The notes beneath the pieces were generated by a model, which worked only from the letters and a program-made list of their open reading frames with translations, was not told the origin of the DNA and ran no database searches. Both the position numbers and the translations under genes were made by a program. Of a stretch of 64,000 bases of DNA, positions 36,251 through 48,176 are shown in pieces; position 1 is the stretch's first letter, and every line of letters begins with the position of its first letter. This DNA is from Callorhinchus milii. Its lineage: Eukaryota. The stretch covers positions 88,972,001 to 89,036,000 of the forward strand of contig NW_024704743.1 in the NCBI RefSeq assembly GCF_018977255.1. Direction: 5' to 3'.

Positions 36251-38715
36251 CTGTAACACAGAAGACACAAATCTTTAAAAAGTAATGAAGTGTGTNGGGG
36301 GGGAACAACTATTACTGATAATAATAGCGCTTGTAATTTATTTAGCGCTTTTCACATTAAGGGGATATCTCAAAGCCTTCACAGAATTTACTGTGGATTT
36401 TGTAGGTTAACTCAGCACCAATTTGCACACAGCATTCTCCTCCAAACCACCATGAAGTGAGTGACCAATTTTATCTGGAGGATGGCCTTCTCATTTTTTT
36501 TTGAGTATAGTCATACTACAGGACCTTTAATGTCCACTTGAACAGGACCTTCATTTAACATAGCATTTAAAGGAACTCCAAAAAGGTCAGTGATCCCCTA
36601 AACTAGGGGAGCTCAAAGTCCAGATGTGGGACTTGACAGACTTGAACTCACAATTTCTGACTAAGAATTGAGAGAGTGCCTCAAGGATCTCTGTAAAAAG
36701 AGAAAGGATTTTCTCCCGGTGTCCTGGCCAACACTTCACCAGATAAAACTGGTTACTCACTTCATGGCTGTATGTGGGACATTGCTGTGTATAAATTAGC
36801 TGTTGTTGTGTTCACCTACAAAATGCACAGTCACTACACTTTACAGGACATCATGTGAAGTGCTTTGAGACCGCCTCCTGACATGAAAAGCATGATATCA
36901 AATGCGAGAATTATGATTATGATCAAGGATCACATGTGCGTATTACAAGAATAGGGTGTTATTTGTTGGTGCTCCAATGCCTGATAAACTGTGCTCTCAA
37001 TAGTGCCATGTATCGAGTGCACAGCATTTCTTCTGCATGCAGGGCTTCATTTCCTGCAAGTTAATACAACAAGGCAAGCAAACTCTTGTAAGTGGAGCTA
37101 CTGCGGCAGGATTTAGGGGGCATTCAGAGTTAAACCTGAATACATCTTTTGTAATTGGAGCAATAAGTGAGAACTCACTGCAGCAAGTTGTGCTCCTGGT
37201 CAATTAAGCTAATGGAGCAAATCGAGAAGCTGTCTGGTCCAAGCTATGAATTGCGTAAGATTAGTTTGAACTCGATAGCACTGGGGATCTTTCCAATCAA
37301 AATGGCAATGAGCTGACATAGTATAATTTAAAAGTCTACAGTAATCATTTTAATCAACTTTATATGTCAAATCCTGAAGCTAAATTAGTAGTTATCAATA
37401 AACTGACTTATTTAGACAGATATTAATCTGTCTCTTCATCTATTTTGGATACAAATAGTCAGGTTGAAAAAGCATGTGAGCACTGCATAAATGTTGGAAA
37501 AAGAACCTGCAAAGCAAACTAGATTTCTGAAGGGAAACTCCTCTGTCGGTCATTTTGACTCATGAGCTCTGACCCAAGCTCTCCTTGTAGCTGAGGTCTT
37601 ATAGGCTGGTGCGATGTACAAGGGTTCCCTTCAGAAAACCCAGTTCATAGTCAAATGACTTTATTAGCCAGCATTGATTTCAACTTCATTTTGTTTCTTA
37701 TGAAATTATCGACTTCAGGGCATGAGTCCAAATGCAAATTGTTTCCCCCATATTTAAGGAGGCATCAGCTTGACACAGTTTTAGAATAATATCCCACTAT
37801 TACATCAAGGGAGTTATTAATAATCAGAGGAGCTGTCTTTCACATTGAAAGATAAACCAGGAACCCATCTGCCTATTCAGTGATTTTAAAGATCCCATGC
37901 CATTTGAAAAGCAAGTCCTGGCCAGTAATTCTCCAGATTCCTGGATCAATCACCTCAAGGCTGTTTGTAGGACATCGCTGGTGCAAATCGTTGCTGTATA
38001 TGCCTATAAAAAATAGTCACTGGACTTGGCAGTCGTGATCTATGAAGCCCTTTGAGGCATTTTGATACATGCTATAAAAATAACCTTTTGCAAACATTAG
38101 TTAAAATTAATATTTGAATAAAATGTTTGCCGTTTAGCTCATTACAACAACAACTAGCATTTACATAATGCCCTTCATGTGGGGCAGCTTCTCAGAGCGC
38201 AATTCAGTGATTGTGGGCAGAATGTTCGCCCTATAGTGAGCTATAGCACCTTCCATGTTGCGAGGATGTCTCAGAATGCTTTATAGGAGTTAGTGTCAAG
38301 TGTAGTGACTGTGGATTTTGTAGATAAATGCAGCAGGCAAAGATTAATATACGTACATTTTCCCACTTGCAATACTGATAGCAGTGGATTTGATCTTAGT
38401 CCCATCTTCAACCTAGGATGCTGAGACTCAATGTGATATCAGCTAGCTCAGCACACACCAGCGTCTAGACTTGGGAGTTTTCCTGTTTTTATGGGTCAGT
38501 TTGAGCAGGATAGCATATTAACACACAGGTCTTCTGTAAAGCAGCGTCTGAAAAGGCTTCTCCCACTTCCAAAAGAAGCAAAATCTTTTTTGGCTGGCTT
38601 TGGATGCTATCATTATTCAGAGGTCGGGTGAGAGAAAATTTCTAAATATATTTTAACCTTGTACGTTAATTAAGGAATGAAATATGTTTAGGAATACCAT
38701 ATGCGCCAATCCTAC

Positions 38716-38953
38716 ATTACAGTATTATTCTATTAGCTGGTCTGGTATAAGGAATATAATATTATTCTATTAGCTCATCTGGTATTATAGAAATATTACA
38801 GTATCATTCTATTAGCTGGTCTGGTACAGTGAGTATATTACAGTTTTGTTCTTGTTTAGTTGGTCTGGTACAATACGAATATTAGAGTATTGTTCTAGGA
38901 GCTGGTTTGGAATAGTAGATATATTACAACACTACTTACCATTTCTGGTACCG
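38716..38953. repeat. Degenerate minisatellite, about 40-bp unit, about 6 copies
   Basis: Repeats of attacagtattattctattagctggtctggta... Confidence 0.85.
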
Positions 38954-39674
38954 GGCATATATGATGTGTCTTCAAATCCCCATTCAGTTTGTTTGTATAT
39001 CCTGATGACAAAAGGTCCGAGTCACTATTCATCTACAATAAGAAAAATGAAAATAAATTATTAACTTAATGGTATTTAAAAATGTCACAAAACAAACCAT
39101 TTCATGAGGTTACTATTAAAGCATAACCACAGACTATGTATTTATATATAATGTGGGTACACTATGGCCCTACAGTATACTCATAAAACATTTTGTCCAT
39201 CAGCTAATAATGTTTTTTTAAAGGGCATTGAAACCCCTCTCTTTTTTCCTCTACCTGGCAACCAAGAGAACGTTGCAACCAATGTTGCTCTTAGCTGGTT
39301 GGAACACTAAACTAGTCAAGTTTGAGCCTCTTCCAAATCTGTCCCCATGGAGACGCAACAAACCTCTATCTGGCATCTCTCTGCAATTACATATCTGCGG
39401 TAAGAAGGTTGGAGCATGAGCGTTTATCTAACCTGCACCACTCACTGTAGTGCCATACCCATCAGTAATCCACCAAGAAATAAAACATTACACAAAGTAT
39501 AGCAAAAACAGTGCCTAACAAAAGCTGAAACCCATCGTCATTCCTTAGATGCAAGGTCCCAAAGTAATACATTGTGGATAAAATACTCAGTGCACCCATC
39601 ACCCTGAAAATCGGCAGAAAGGAACCTTTCCTGTCTTTTTTTCAAAAGAAGGAAATTACTTTAAATTCACTTAC

Positions 39675-39760
39675 TTTTCCTCTTTTAAGTTGTAAAATAT
39701 CTTCAAGTACAGTCACTTCATTGAATGTTCGCACCACTGGCTCCAATTCCATCAGGCACC
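39675..39760 (-). CDS. RIPK2: RIPK2 coding exon 7 (86 nt; end of kinase domain)
   Basis: (R)CLMELEPVVRTFNEVTVLEDILQLKRGK; AAG acceptor and GTAAGT donor. Confidence 0.95.
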
Positions 39761-42018
39761 CTTTATGAGCAAACATATTAAGAGTTGTTTGTTTTGGATT
39801 TGAATTTCCAAACCAATCTATTCTATATCCCTCATGCTCTGTGAAAAGTGTAGCCTCCACTGTTACCAGCACGAATCGTTCAGCACGAGTTCACATTGAT
39901 TGAATCCTTCTACATTCAGAATTCAAACCATATGCTTACAATGGGAACATCATTTGAGCAATACCTGCACCACTCAGGAACTTTTTATCCCCTCTTCCAA
40001 ATTTATCATCGACCAGCAAGTTGAACTCACAACTCATTTAACTAAAATTAAGGTGCAAATGCTTTTCTTATCTTTCCCCTGAAGTTTATTTTTTTCCCCA
40101 CCCCTTCCTGACCTGAAGGCATGGACTCAGCTGGGCTGTGTTCCATGACCTTCGTTCATCCTCCAGTAGCTCAATCATAATGTTGCTCTTCGTGTGGGAG
40201 TCTCGTAGGCATTTTTCATGTCTCTATTCAACTGTGCAGACAAACCTGATTCGCTCTATTGATTTATGGAGGAAAGCAGAGGGAAAAAGCAAGGAAGTGG
40301 GATTTCAGTTGATAGCACTAGAGTACATTTGTGCACTCCCAGCCTTCTGTGCAGTAATTTCTATCATCTGACAATCAACATCTATATGTTTCTAGCCCAA
40401 GGGTGAGTTTGGTCGCATCAATCCATGAGCCCAGCACATTAGTCCCAGATTTGAACATTAACTCCTTACATCTATGACTTAAAGCTGCGCCAAAAAGTGC
40501 CTTTATCCTTTGGGCCATCAGGGCAAGATTCTATTCCCATTTCATAAAAATATTTTACCTTTCATGGGCCCACATCTAGATTTTTCATGTGCCTAACAAA
40601 CAGAAGCTTGAAGTTGAGCATAATGAGAGCCGCTGCCTAACTAGCAATATTTCTTAATGAAGCACCCTATTAGAGTTCACTCAACCCTTGGCTGAACTAA
40701 GAAGATGGAGATCAAGGTCCTGTCATTTTCTTCAGGTAGGTGTTGAAATGGTTAATTAATGATTTCTCCAAACTGGCATTTCGGGAGGAAAGAAAAATTC
40801 AAATCTTTTGTTAGTTTTGTGCCAGCAGTGACTAACAGCTCCCCAAAGGGTGTGAGCAGCGCAGGGCTGCAGAGATGCAATTTTTCTGAATCCAAGTCTT
40901 TCTCAAGTTTTATAGTTGAAGATTAACATTTACTTGCTGCTGAGTTAGCTGATTCTAGACTGGGTGATCTTTACAGGATACTAAAAGTGATATCAGGGCC
41001 CCTGGTTAGGGAATGGAAAATTAGCTTGTTCCTGATTTGCATCCAGCAGCCATTGCCAAATGTGTTGTGTACTGAAGTTGAGGGAGGATCAAAACTGTTA
41101 AGCAGGAGAAAGGGTAAAATTGGTGAAGAAAATTGGTGAGAAAGAAAAAAAAGTAACTGGCATGGAATTCAGTGAGTTTCTATTTCAATTTAGCAATGAA
41201 AAGAGTGGGAATATTTGTGAAGTGAAAATATCACCGTGATTGGATGCAGTTCCATTGCAAATTATTGAAAGTGAAAGCTCCAAATAACTATCAATTGCTG
41301 CAGTTTTTAAGTTGCTTCAGTACATTGTTCATTTAGAGGAATCATCATATAGACATAGAAGTTGTGTGAAAAGGAGAATGGATTAAAACATTTATCAATA
41401 TCAACTGTAAATGAACAATAAACACAACATTTAAAATAATTAAAACAAAACAAGAAGTAATATAAGCAGAAGTGACAAACAAGAGAGATCGATGAACAAA
41501 ATATATTGCATTTTCTAGCATGTGAAATATCTGGAACTATCAAAATAAAACATGAATAAGGAGAACACAATGTGTGGCTTGAATCCACTTGATGATATAA
41601 ACTAACACTGCAATGCTGCGTTGTCAAGGTGTCTTTCTTTGGTGAGCACCAAGTTCCCATTTGTGTGTTCGGGTGGATGTTAAATCCTATGGTGTTATTT
41701 GAAAGAGAAGAGAGTTTCTCCCAGTGTCCTGACTAACAATTCCCCATATATATATATATATAATCCCACATATAGATTGGTCATTGACTGTTTGTAGAAC
41801 ATTGTGCAAATTGGCTGTGAAGATCTTATCAATGCTTAAAAGGCACGATATTAAATGCAAAGATTATTGATCACGGTTATATTTTCCATTTGTGTTACCC
41901 TGAACTGCCCAATAGGAGGTGTACATTTCTCTTAGCCTTTACCCTTTGCCTTTGCCCTTTCCTCTCGGTGATTGTTTTAAAGTTAACCTATCAATGAGTG
42001 TAGCTCATAACAACTTAC

Positions 42019-42180
42019 GTGTAAAGGAAGGTCGTTCATCAGGGTTTTTTGACCAGCCACTAGTCATCAGCTCCAGCAGAGTCTCACGATATGGAATGTC
42101 CTGTGATAAGCTCTCCTCACTGGTGTCTGGTCGAGAACCTTGTAGTACGCTAAACATGATCTGCATTGGATTTGTAGCAT
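42019..42180 (-). CDS. RIPK2: RIPK2 coding exon 6 (162 nt)
   Basis: (D)[55 protein letters not shown] acceptor and GTAAGT donor. Confidence 0.96.
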
Positions 42181-44037
42181 CTAAGAGAAAATGTTACTCA
42201 TGAGGTACATCATGCTTCTGTTACCTTTAAAATTAATCTTGCGAAATGACACTGACTCAACATCCTCTCATCCGGTAATGGTTTTGAAACATTTTAACTG
42301 CACCAAAATGATCTGTGCAGCAGTAGGTTCAAAGGTGCTGTCGGTCTGTTCAACGACTGTCATAAGCATTTGATCACAGCCTGTGGTGGGCAGGGTGGTG
42401 GAATGCACCACAATGTCATATGTATCACATCACACATCACATTTCATTCTATTCACTTAAGTGAAAGTCTTTCAATCCAAAATAAGAAAGTCGTCATACA
42501 TCACGGAATTCATTCATTTAATAAGTGTTTTAGCTAAGGTCAGTGAAACAGCAGAAATTGGGGACTAGTTTGCGATATTGAGAGATGGGATCCAAAATGC
42601 TTATTATGATTTCTGTTTGTGGGCATTGAGAGGCATTTGATTTAAAAATACCCCAAATGGATAATTCTGATTCTGAAAGTTGTTTTGCTCTTCGGGAAAT
42701 CGCATTTAGGTGTTTTGTGAACATTACAAATTAGACCTAAATACTGAGGAGGCCTTTTCCCTGAGCCCCCCAACCAGATATTCTGATATCACACAAACCC
42801 AAGCTCCCACAATCCTGTGGCTACCCTGAATAGATTGAATTTGCTATAAAGTATCTCATGCATGCATTTTCATTTCAGTGATGAATGATTTTGCGTGTGA
42901 CCTAAAAGGTAATTTTCTCTGATTCAGCAATCCCAGCCATTAAGGCAAGTTGAAACAAAATAATCGGTGCTTGCTATAATTGCTAAAATATATTCATAAG
43001 GGTTACAATATTGCCTACACTCTAAAACACAGCCACTTATAATTGTGACATGGATTGTAATGCAGAACAAAGTTAACATAAATTTCTCTCCTGTTCAACT
43101 TGTAAAAGAATTAAGACAGTTGTTCCTGTTCTTGTCACATATATGAGTAGTTACACCCCCAAATAATGAGGATGGGGCCTGGTAGAAAATTAATGGGGAG
43201 AGGTAAAAAAAAGTGGTGTGAGGACCTATTCCACATGGTACAACTCTATAGAATTTGTATGGGCTACTTTGTTGTCTCTGAGACGTGCTCCCGACGCAAA
43301 AGGCACTAAACCAAATGTAAGGATTTTTAAAATTCTTTACTTCCAAGAGGTAATGTATGGAAGCGGTAATTAGAAAGGAAACTGATAGAAAGCAGATTGA
43401 AACATAGGTGAGGAGATTGTTACCTACACCTACACAAATCAATGGGATTCATCACCTTGGATTGATCACTGTTTAGTGCAGGTTATGCCCCTCTCCTCCA
43501 ATTCCGCAAACCTCAGTTCTATTAAGTTAGAGTGGATTTGTGGGTTTCAAGAGGGAAGAAGACAGGTTGATAGGGCAGGGCAGGTGGGGTTGAATGAACA
43601 GTTTACTCCCAGATGTGTTGCACACTTGATAGGCCAAATGGCCTCTTTCTCCACTGTAAATTTGCTAGATCTTTCTTTGGGAGAACATGGACATTGCTCT
43701 ATATATTCATTTGAAAAGGGGCAGATTTACATGTTTTGATCAGAAGATATTTGAGGCACAAATAAAATAAAGTAAATGACAATGGGAGGTTGGGGTGGTC
43801 ATGGCGATTTGAATCTTTAGCAACAATTTTATAAAATTATTGTGTAATGCAATTTTTTTGGTAATAGTCTCCCCATTGGCATCCTCTGGTACCTTACTCC
43901 AAGTGGCTAATGCTTATCTGTGACCCTTGATAGTGAATGGCTGCAAGCCACTCAATTGTAGAGGATATCTTAGCTGACCCTGACCTCTCCCCATGGCTGG
44001 GTTAACGAAGGATGGGGCCAATTTAGCCTCTCGTAAG

Positions 44038-44290
44038 TCATAGAATTATACAGCACAGAAGGAGGCCATTTGGCCCATCGTGTCTGTGCCGGCTCTTTGA
44101 AAAGAACTATCCAAATCAATCCCATTCCCCTGCTCTCTCCCCATACCCTGCAAACTTGTCCTTCCCAAATAATTATCTACTTCACTCTTAAAAGTTGTAT
44201 CGAATCGGCTTTCACCACCCTTTCAAGCAATGCATTCCAAATCCGAACAACTCGTTGTGTGAAAAAATTTCTCTTCACCTTCCCTGTTTC
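44038..44290 (-). mobile_element. CR1 3' end fragment
   Basis: catagaattatacagcacagaaggaggccatttggccc... is a CR1-type terminus. Confidence 0.8.
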
Positions 44291-44730
44291 TTTTAACGGC
44301 TATTTTAAATCTGCTCAGAACAACAAACTCAGTACAGCCCCGGATTCGAACCAACAAGCTCCTGGTCCATAAGCTACAGCTCTATCCACTACAATAATAA
44401 CAATAATCTATCCAATAACAATAATAAATTGGTCATTTTCAATCCATGACTGTTTGTAGGACACTGCTGTGCGCAATTGGCCGCCGCGTTCGCCCACAAA
44501 TATACAGTCAATTCACTTTACAGTATATTCTGTGAAGCGCTTTAGGATGTCTAGAAGACATGAAAAGTGCTATATCAAATGCAAGGATTATTATTATTGT
44601 TATATTATTACTACACTATCGGGGCAATATTTTCAATTGAAAGTCAATTTGAATTATTAAATTACTTACACAAGAAGCCACTAATTTATCAACACATTTG
44701 TCCAAACTTTAGCCTCAAAGCAGAACTCAC

Positions 44731-44780
44731 CTTCAAATGGCTGCTTTCTTGAAAGAACCTCCCACATGATTATTGCATAG
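44731..44780 (-). CDS. RIPK2: RIPK2 coding exon 5 (50 nt)
   Basis: [19 protein letters not shown] acceptor and GTGAGT donor; phase matches exons 4 and 6. Confidence 0.96.
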
Positions 44781-45894
44781 CTATAAACAGAATGTAAAAT
44801 AATAATGAGATGAGGAGTTACATAAGAGTTGACAGTTCATATACCTAATTCATGTGACATTATACACCCTATTTCAGATTTGAACTGTCCATTGCAACAA
44901 TTCCCCAAAATAAAATTGGTTATGATTTATTTCATGGCTATTTGCGGGAGATTGCTGCATGCAAATTGGCCAGTGCGTTCGGGTACAAATACAGGTTCAC
45001 TACGCTTCACAATAAAATCCTGCAAGTTCCTTTAAGAAATATATTTATGTTATATTTAAGATTTCAGTCTTTTTTTCATTATAAGGAGAGTTGGTATTTT
45101 ATGGGCCTTAAGATCATGTTATACCAAAGCTCCACTGAATATAATAAAAAACGGATATCTAATGGCCTGATTAGTTTGGGAAACCAATTCTTGATCTGAC
45201 ACGTGGAAACCTATCAAAAATTCACCAGGTCATAGCTAAGATCTATTCTCATTAATTGTCAATAGCCAATTTAAAAAACAGTTTTCAAAGCTGTTTTCAA
45301 GTCCAGAGTCCTTAGTAAGATGCCTCAGAAGCACAGAAATGTACAGCACAGAAGGCCGGAGCTAGTCGAGTGGAGGCAGCAGATTGTGGGTTGGGGGATA
45401 AGCAGGTCGGAGAGGTCGGGAGGTGCCAGGGCATGAAGGGATTTGAAAACAAGTGTGAGGATCTTGAAATCGATCAGTTCAGTGATAGGGAGCCAGTGGA
45501 GTCTGGCTAGAACTGGTGTGATGGGGGCACGGAGTTTAGTATGGGTGAGTATCTTTAAACCTCGCTTGTGATTGTGTAAACTGATTTTTGTTCATTGATC
45601 AGTGCCAGTGATGTGAGCAGCTTTGAGCCCAAATATTGTGATAGTGTTGGAGGAGAGCAGGGAAGGGAAACAGACACGCCTGAGTCCAGTCTTTAATTAT
45701 GGACTTTTGTCAAATGTAATTTATCAATGTTGTGAGAATTATCACCCGTTATAACTAACACAAAATTATGAAGTTATTGTAGGAATCTGCGAGACCAGTT
45801 CCTAAACTATATAATTCTTTAAATATAAAATATCAGTCAAACATAAAATACCATCAAACTGACAATGCTATTATTGACCAAAAACTACTTCTAA

Positions 45895-47960
45895 AATAAA
45901 CTATTTTGTAGGTATGAGGAAAGATTTAAGTAAAATAGACTGGAGAATATGATTAAGAGGAAAAAATGTAGACCAACAGTGGCAAATATTTAAGAATGCA
46001 GTGCAAAATTCTCAGCGGTCGCATATTCCCTTGCGAAATAAGAGTACCACAGGGAAAGCAATTCATCCGTGGCTAATTAGAGCAGTTAGGGAAAGCATCA
46101 AATTAAAAGAAAAGGCTTATAAAACTGCCAAGAAAAGCAGCAAATCTGAAGATTGGGAGAGTTTTAGAAACCAGCAAAATAAAACTAAAAAACTCATTAA
46201 GAGCGAGAAAAAGGAGTATGAGCGTAAGCTAGCTAGGAACATTAAGTCTGATTGTAAAAGTTTTTACAAATATATTAAGAGGAATAGGTCCACTTCAGTC
46301 AGAGACGGGAGAAGTTGTAATGGGGGATAAGGACATGGCAGAGTCCCTAAATGGGTACTTTGCATCGTCTTCACCCTAGAAGACACAACAAGTCTGCCAA
46401 CAATAGAGATGCACCAAGGGGATAAGGACAGGGAGCAACTTAGGGAAATTTTCATTAGTAGAGAATTGGTGCTGGGAAACTGTTAGCACTAAAAAGTGAC
46501 AAATCCCCTGGTCCGGATGGCTTGCATCCCAGGGTTTTAAAAGAGGTAGCTTATGAGATAGTGGAGGCCTTATGTCTGATCTTCCAAAATTCCTTGGATT
46601 CTGGAACAGTCCCCATGGATTGGAAGATCCCAAATGTCACACCACTATTTAAAAAAGGAGGAAAGGAAAAGATGGGGAACTATAGGCCAGTTAGTCTCAC
46701 ATTAGTGATAGGAAAACATTTAGAATCATAAATTAAGGATGTGGTAGTGTGGTATTTAGGGGAGCACAATATAATTAGGCCAAGTCAACATGGCTTTACA
46801 AAAGGGAAGTCATGTTTGACAAATTTTTTGAGGATATTTCCAGTAAACTAGATAAGGGTGAATCAGTGGATGTGGTCTATTTGGACTTCCAGAAGACATT
46901 CACTAAGGTGCCGCATAAAAGGTTAGTCCACAAGATAAGGGCCCATGGAATTGGTGGGAGCATACTAACGTGGATTGCGGAATGGTTAATGGGTAGGAAA
47001 CAAAGAGTAGGGATAAACGGGTCCTTTTCAGATTGGCGGGATGTGTCTAGTGGAGTGCCACAAGGATCAGTCTTTAAGCCTCAGCTATTAAAGCTCAGCC
47101 ATCTACATCAACGATCTAGATGAGGACATCAAAGTTAATATATCTAAATTCGCAGATGACACAAAACCAGGAGGAAGTGTCAACACAGAGGACGACATTA
47201 AAAAAATGCAGCGAGACATAGATAGGTTAGGTGATTGGGCAGGTAGGTGGCAGATGAAGCATAATGTAGGGAAGTGCAAAGTCATCCACTTAGGTAGCAA
47301 AAACAATAGAGCGGGTTATTTTTTAGAAGCGGAGAGATTAGAATGTGTTAGCGTCCAGAGGGACTTGGGCGTTCTTGTACACCAATCACAGAAAGTTAGT
47401 CTGCAGGTGCAGCGAGCAATAGGAAGGTGAACGGTATGTTAGCATTCATTATGAAAGGATTAAAGTATAAGGGTAGGGAAGTCTTGCTGCAACTGTATAG
47501 GGCCCTGGTGAGACCACACTTGTAATACCGTGCGCAGTTTTGGTCTCCTCATTTAAGGAAGGATGTACTTGCCTTGGAGGGGGTGCAACGTAGATTTACT
47601 AGGTTAGTACCAGGGATGAAGGGGATGAGTTACGAGGATAGGCTGACCAATTTGGACCTATATTCTCTGGAATATAGAAGAATTAGAGGGGATCTTATAG
47701 AAACCTATAAGAACTTCTTCACTCAAAGGGTGGTGAATGTATGGAACTCGCTACCCCAAAGGGCTGTTGACGCTCAGTCCTTGAACATATTCAAGACTGA
47801 GATAGACAGATTTCCTATTGCAAAAGGGATTAAGGGATATGGGGATAAGGCAGGGTTAGGATATTAGCTGGAGTTAGATTAGAAGATCAGCCATGATTGA
47901 ATGGCGGGGCAGACTCGAAGGGCCGAATGGCCTACTCCTGCTCCTACATGTTGTTATGTT
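45895..47960 (+). mobile_element. CR1 LINE, 5'-truncated, decayed ORF2
   Basis: HPRVLKEVA, NYRPVSLT, VYLDFQK, SGVPQGSV, KFADDTK and [10 protein letters not shown] motifs. CR1-type 3' end ...ggccgaatggcctactcctgctcctacatgttgttatg. Confidence 0.95.
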
Positions 47961-48018
47961 ATTTAAATAAACTATTTTAAATATTTTGCCAAATGTTGAA
48001 GATCCCGTACACTTGTAC

Positions 48019-48176
48019 CTGTATATGTCGTGTTTCACATCTGCACGTTTAATTTTGCTCGGCTCATACTGTTCAGGAGCCATATAGATAATTGTTCCTC
48101 CAGTTGAAGGAGACTTCAGGCCTGACGACTTACTCATGGTCAAACGCCGCCACTTTGAGAGGCCAAAGTCTGCGAT
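48019..48176 (-). CDS. RIPK2: RIPK2 coding exon 4 (158 nt; DFG, activation loop, APE)
   Basis: [52 protein letters not shown](S); AG/GT boundaries. Confidence 0.97.

Noticed and set aside
36296..36296. Single N about 45 nt upstream of the 112-nt exon acceptor
   Set aside because: An assembly ambiguity; it could hide a small gap but is not a biological feature.
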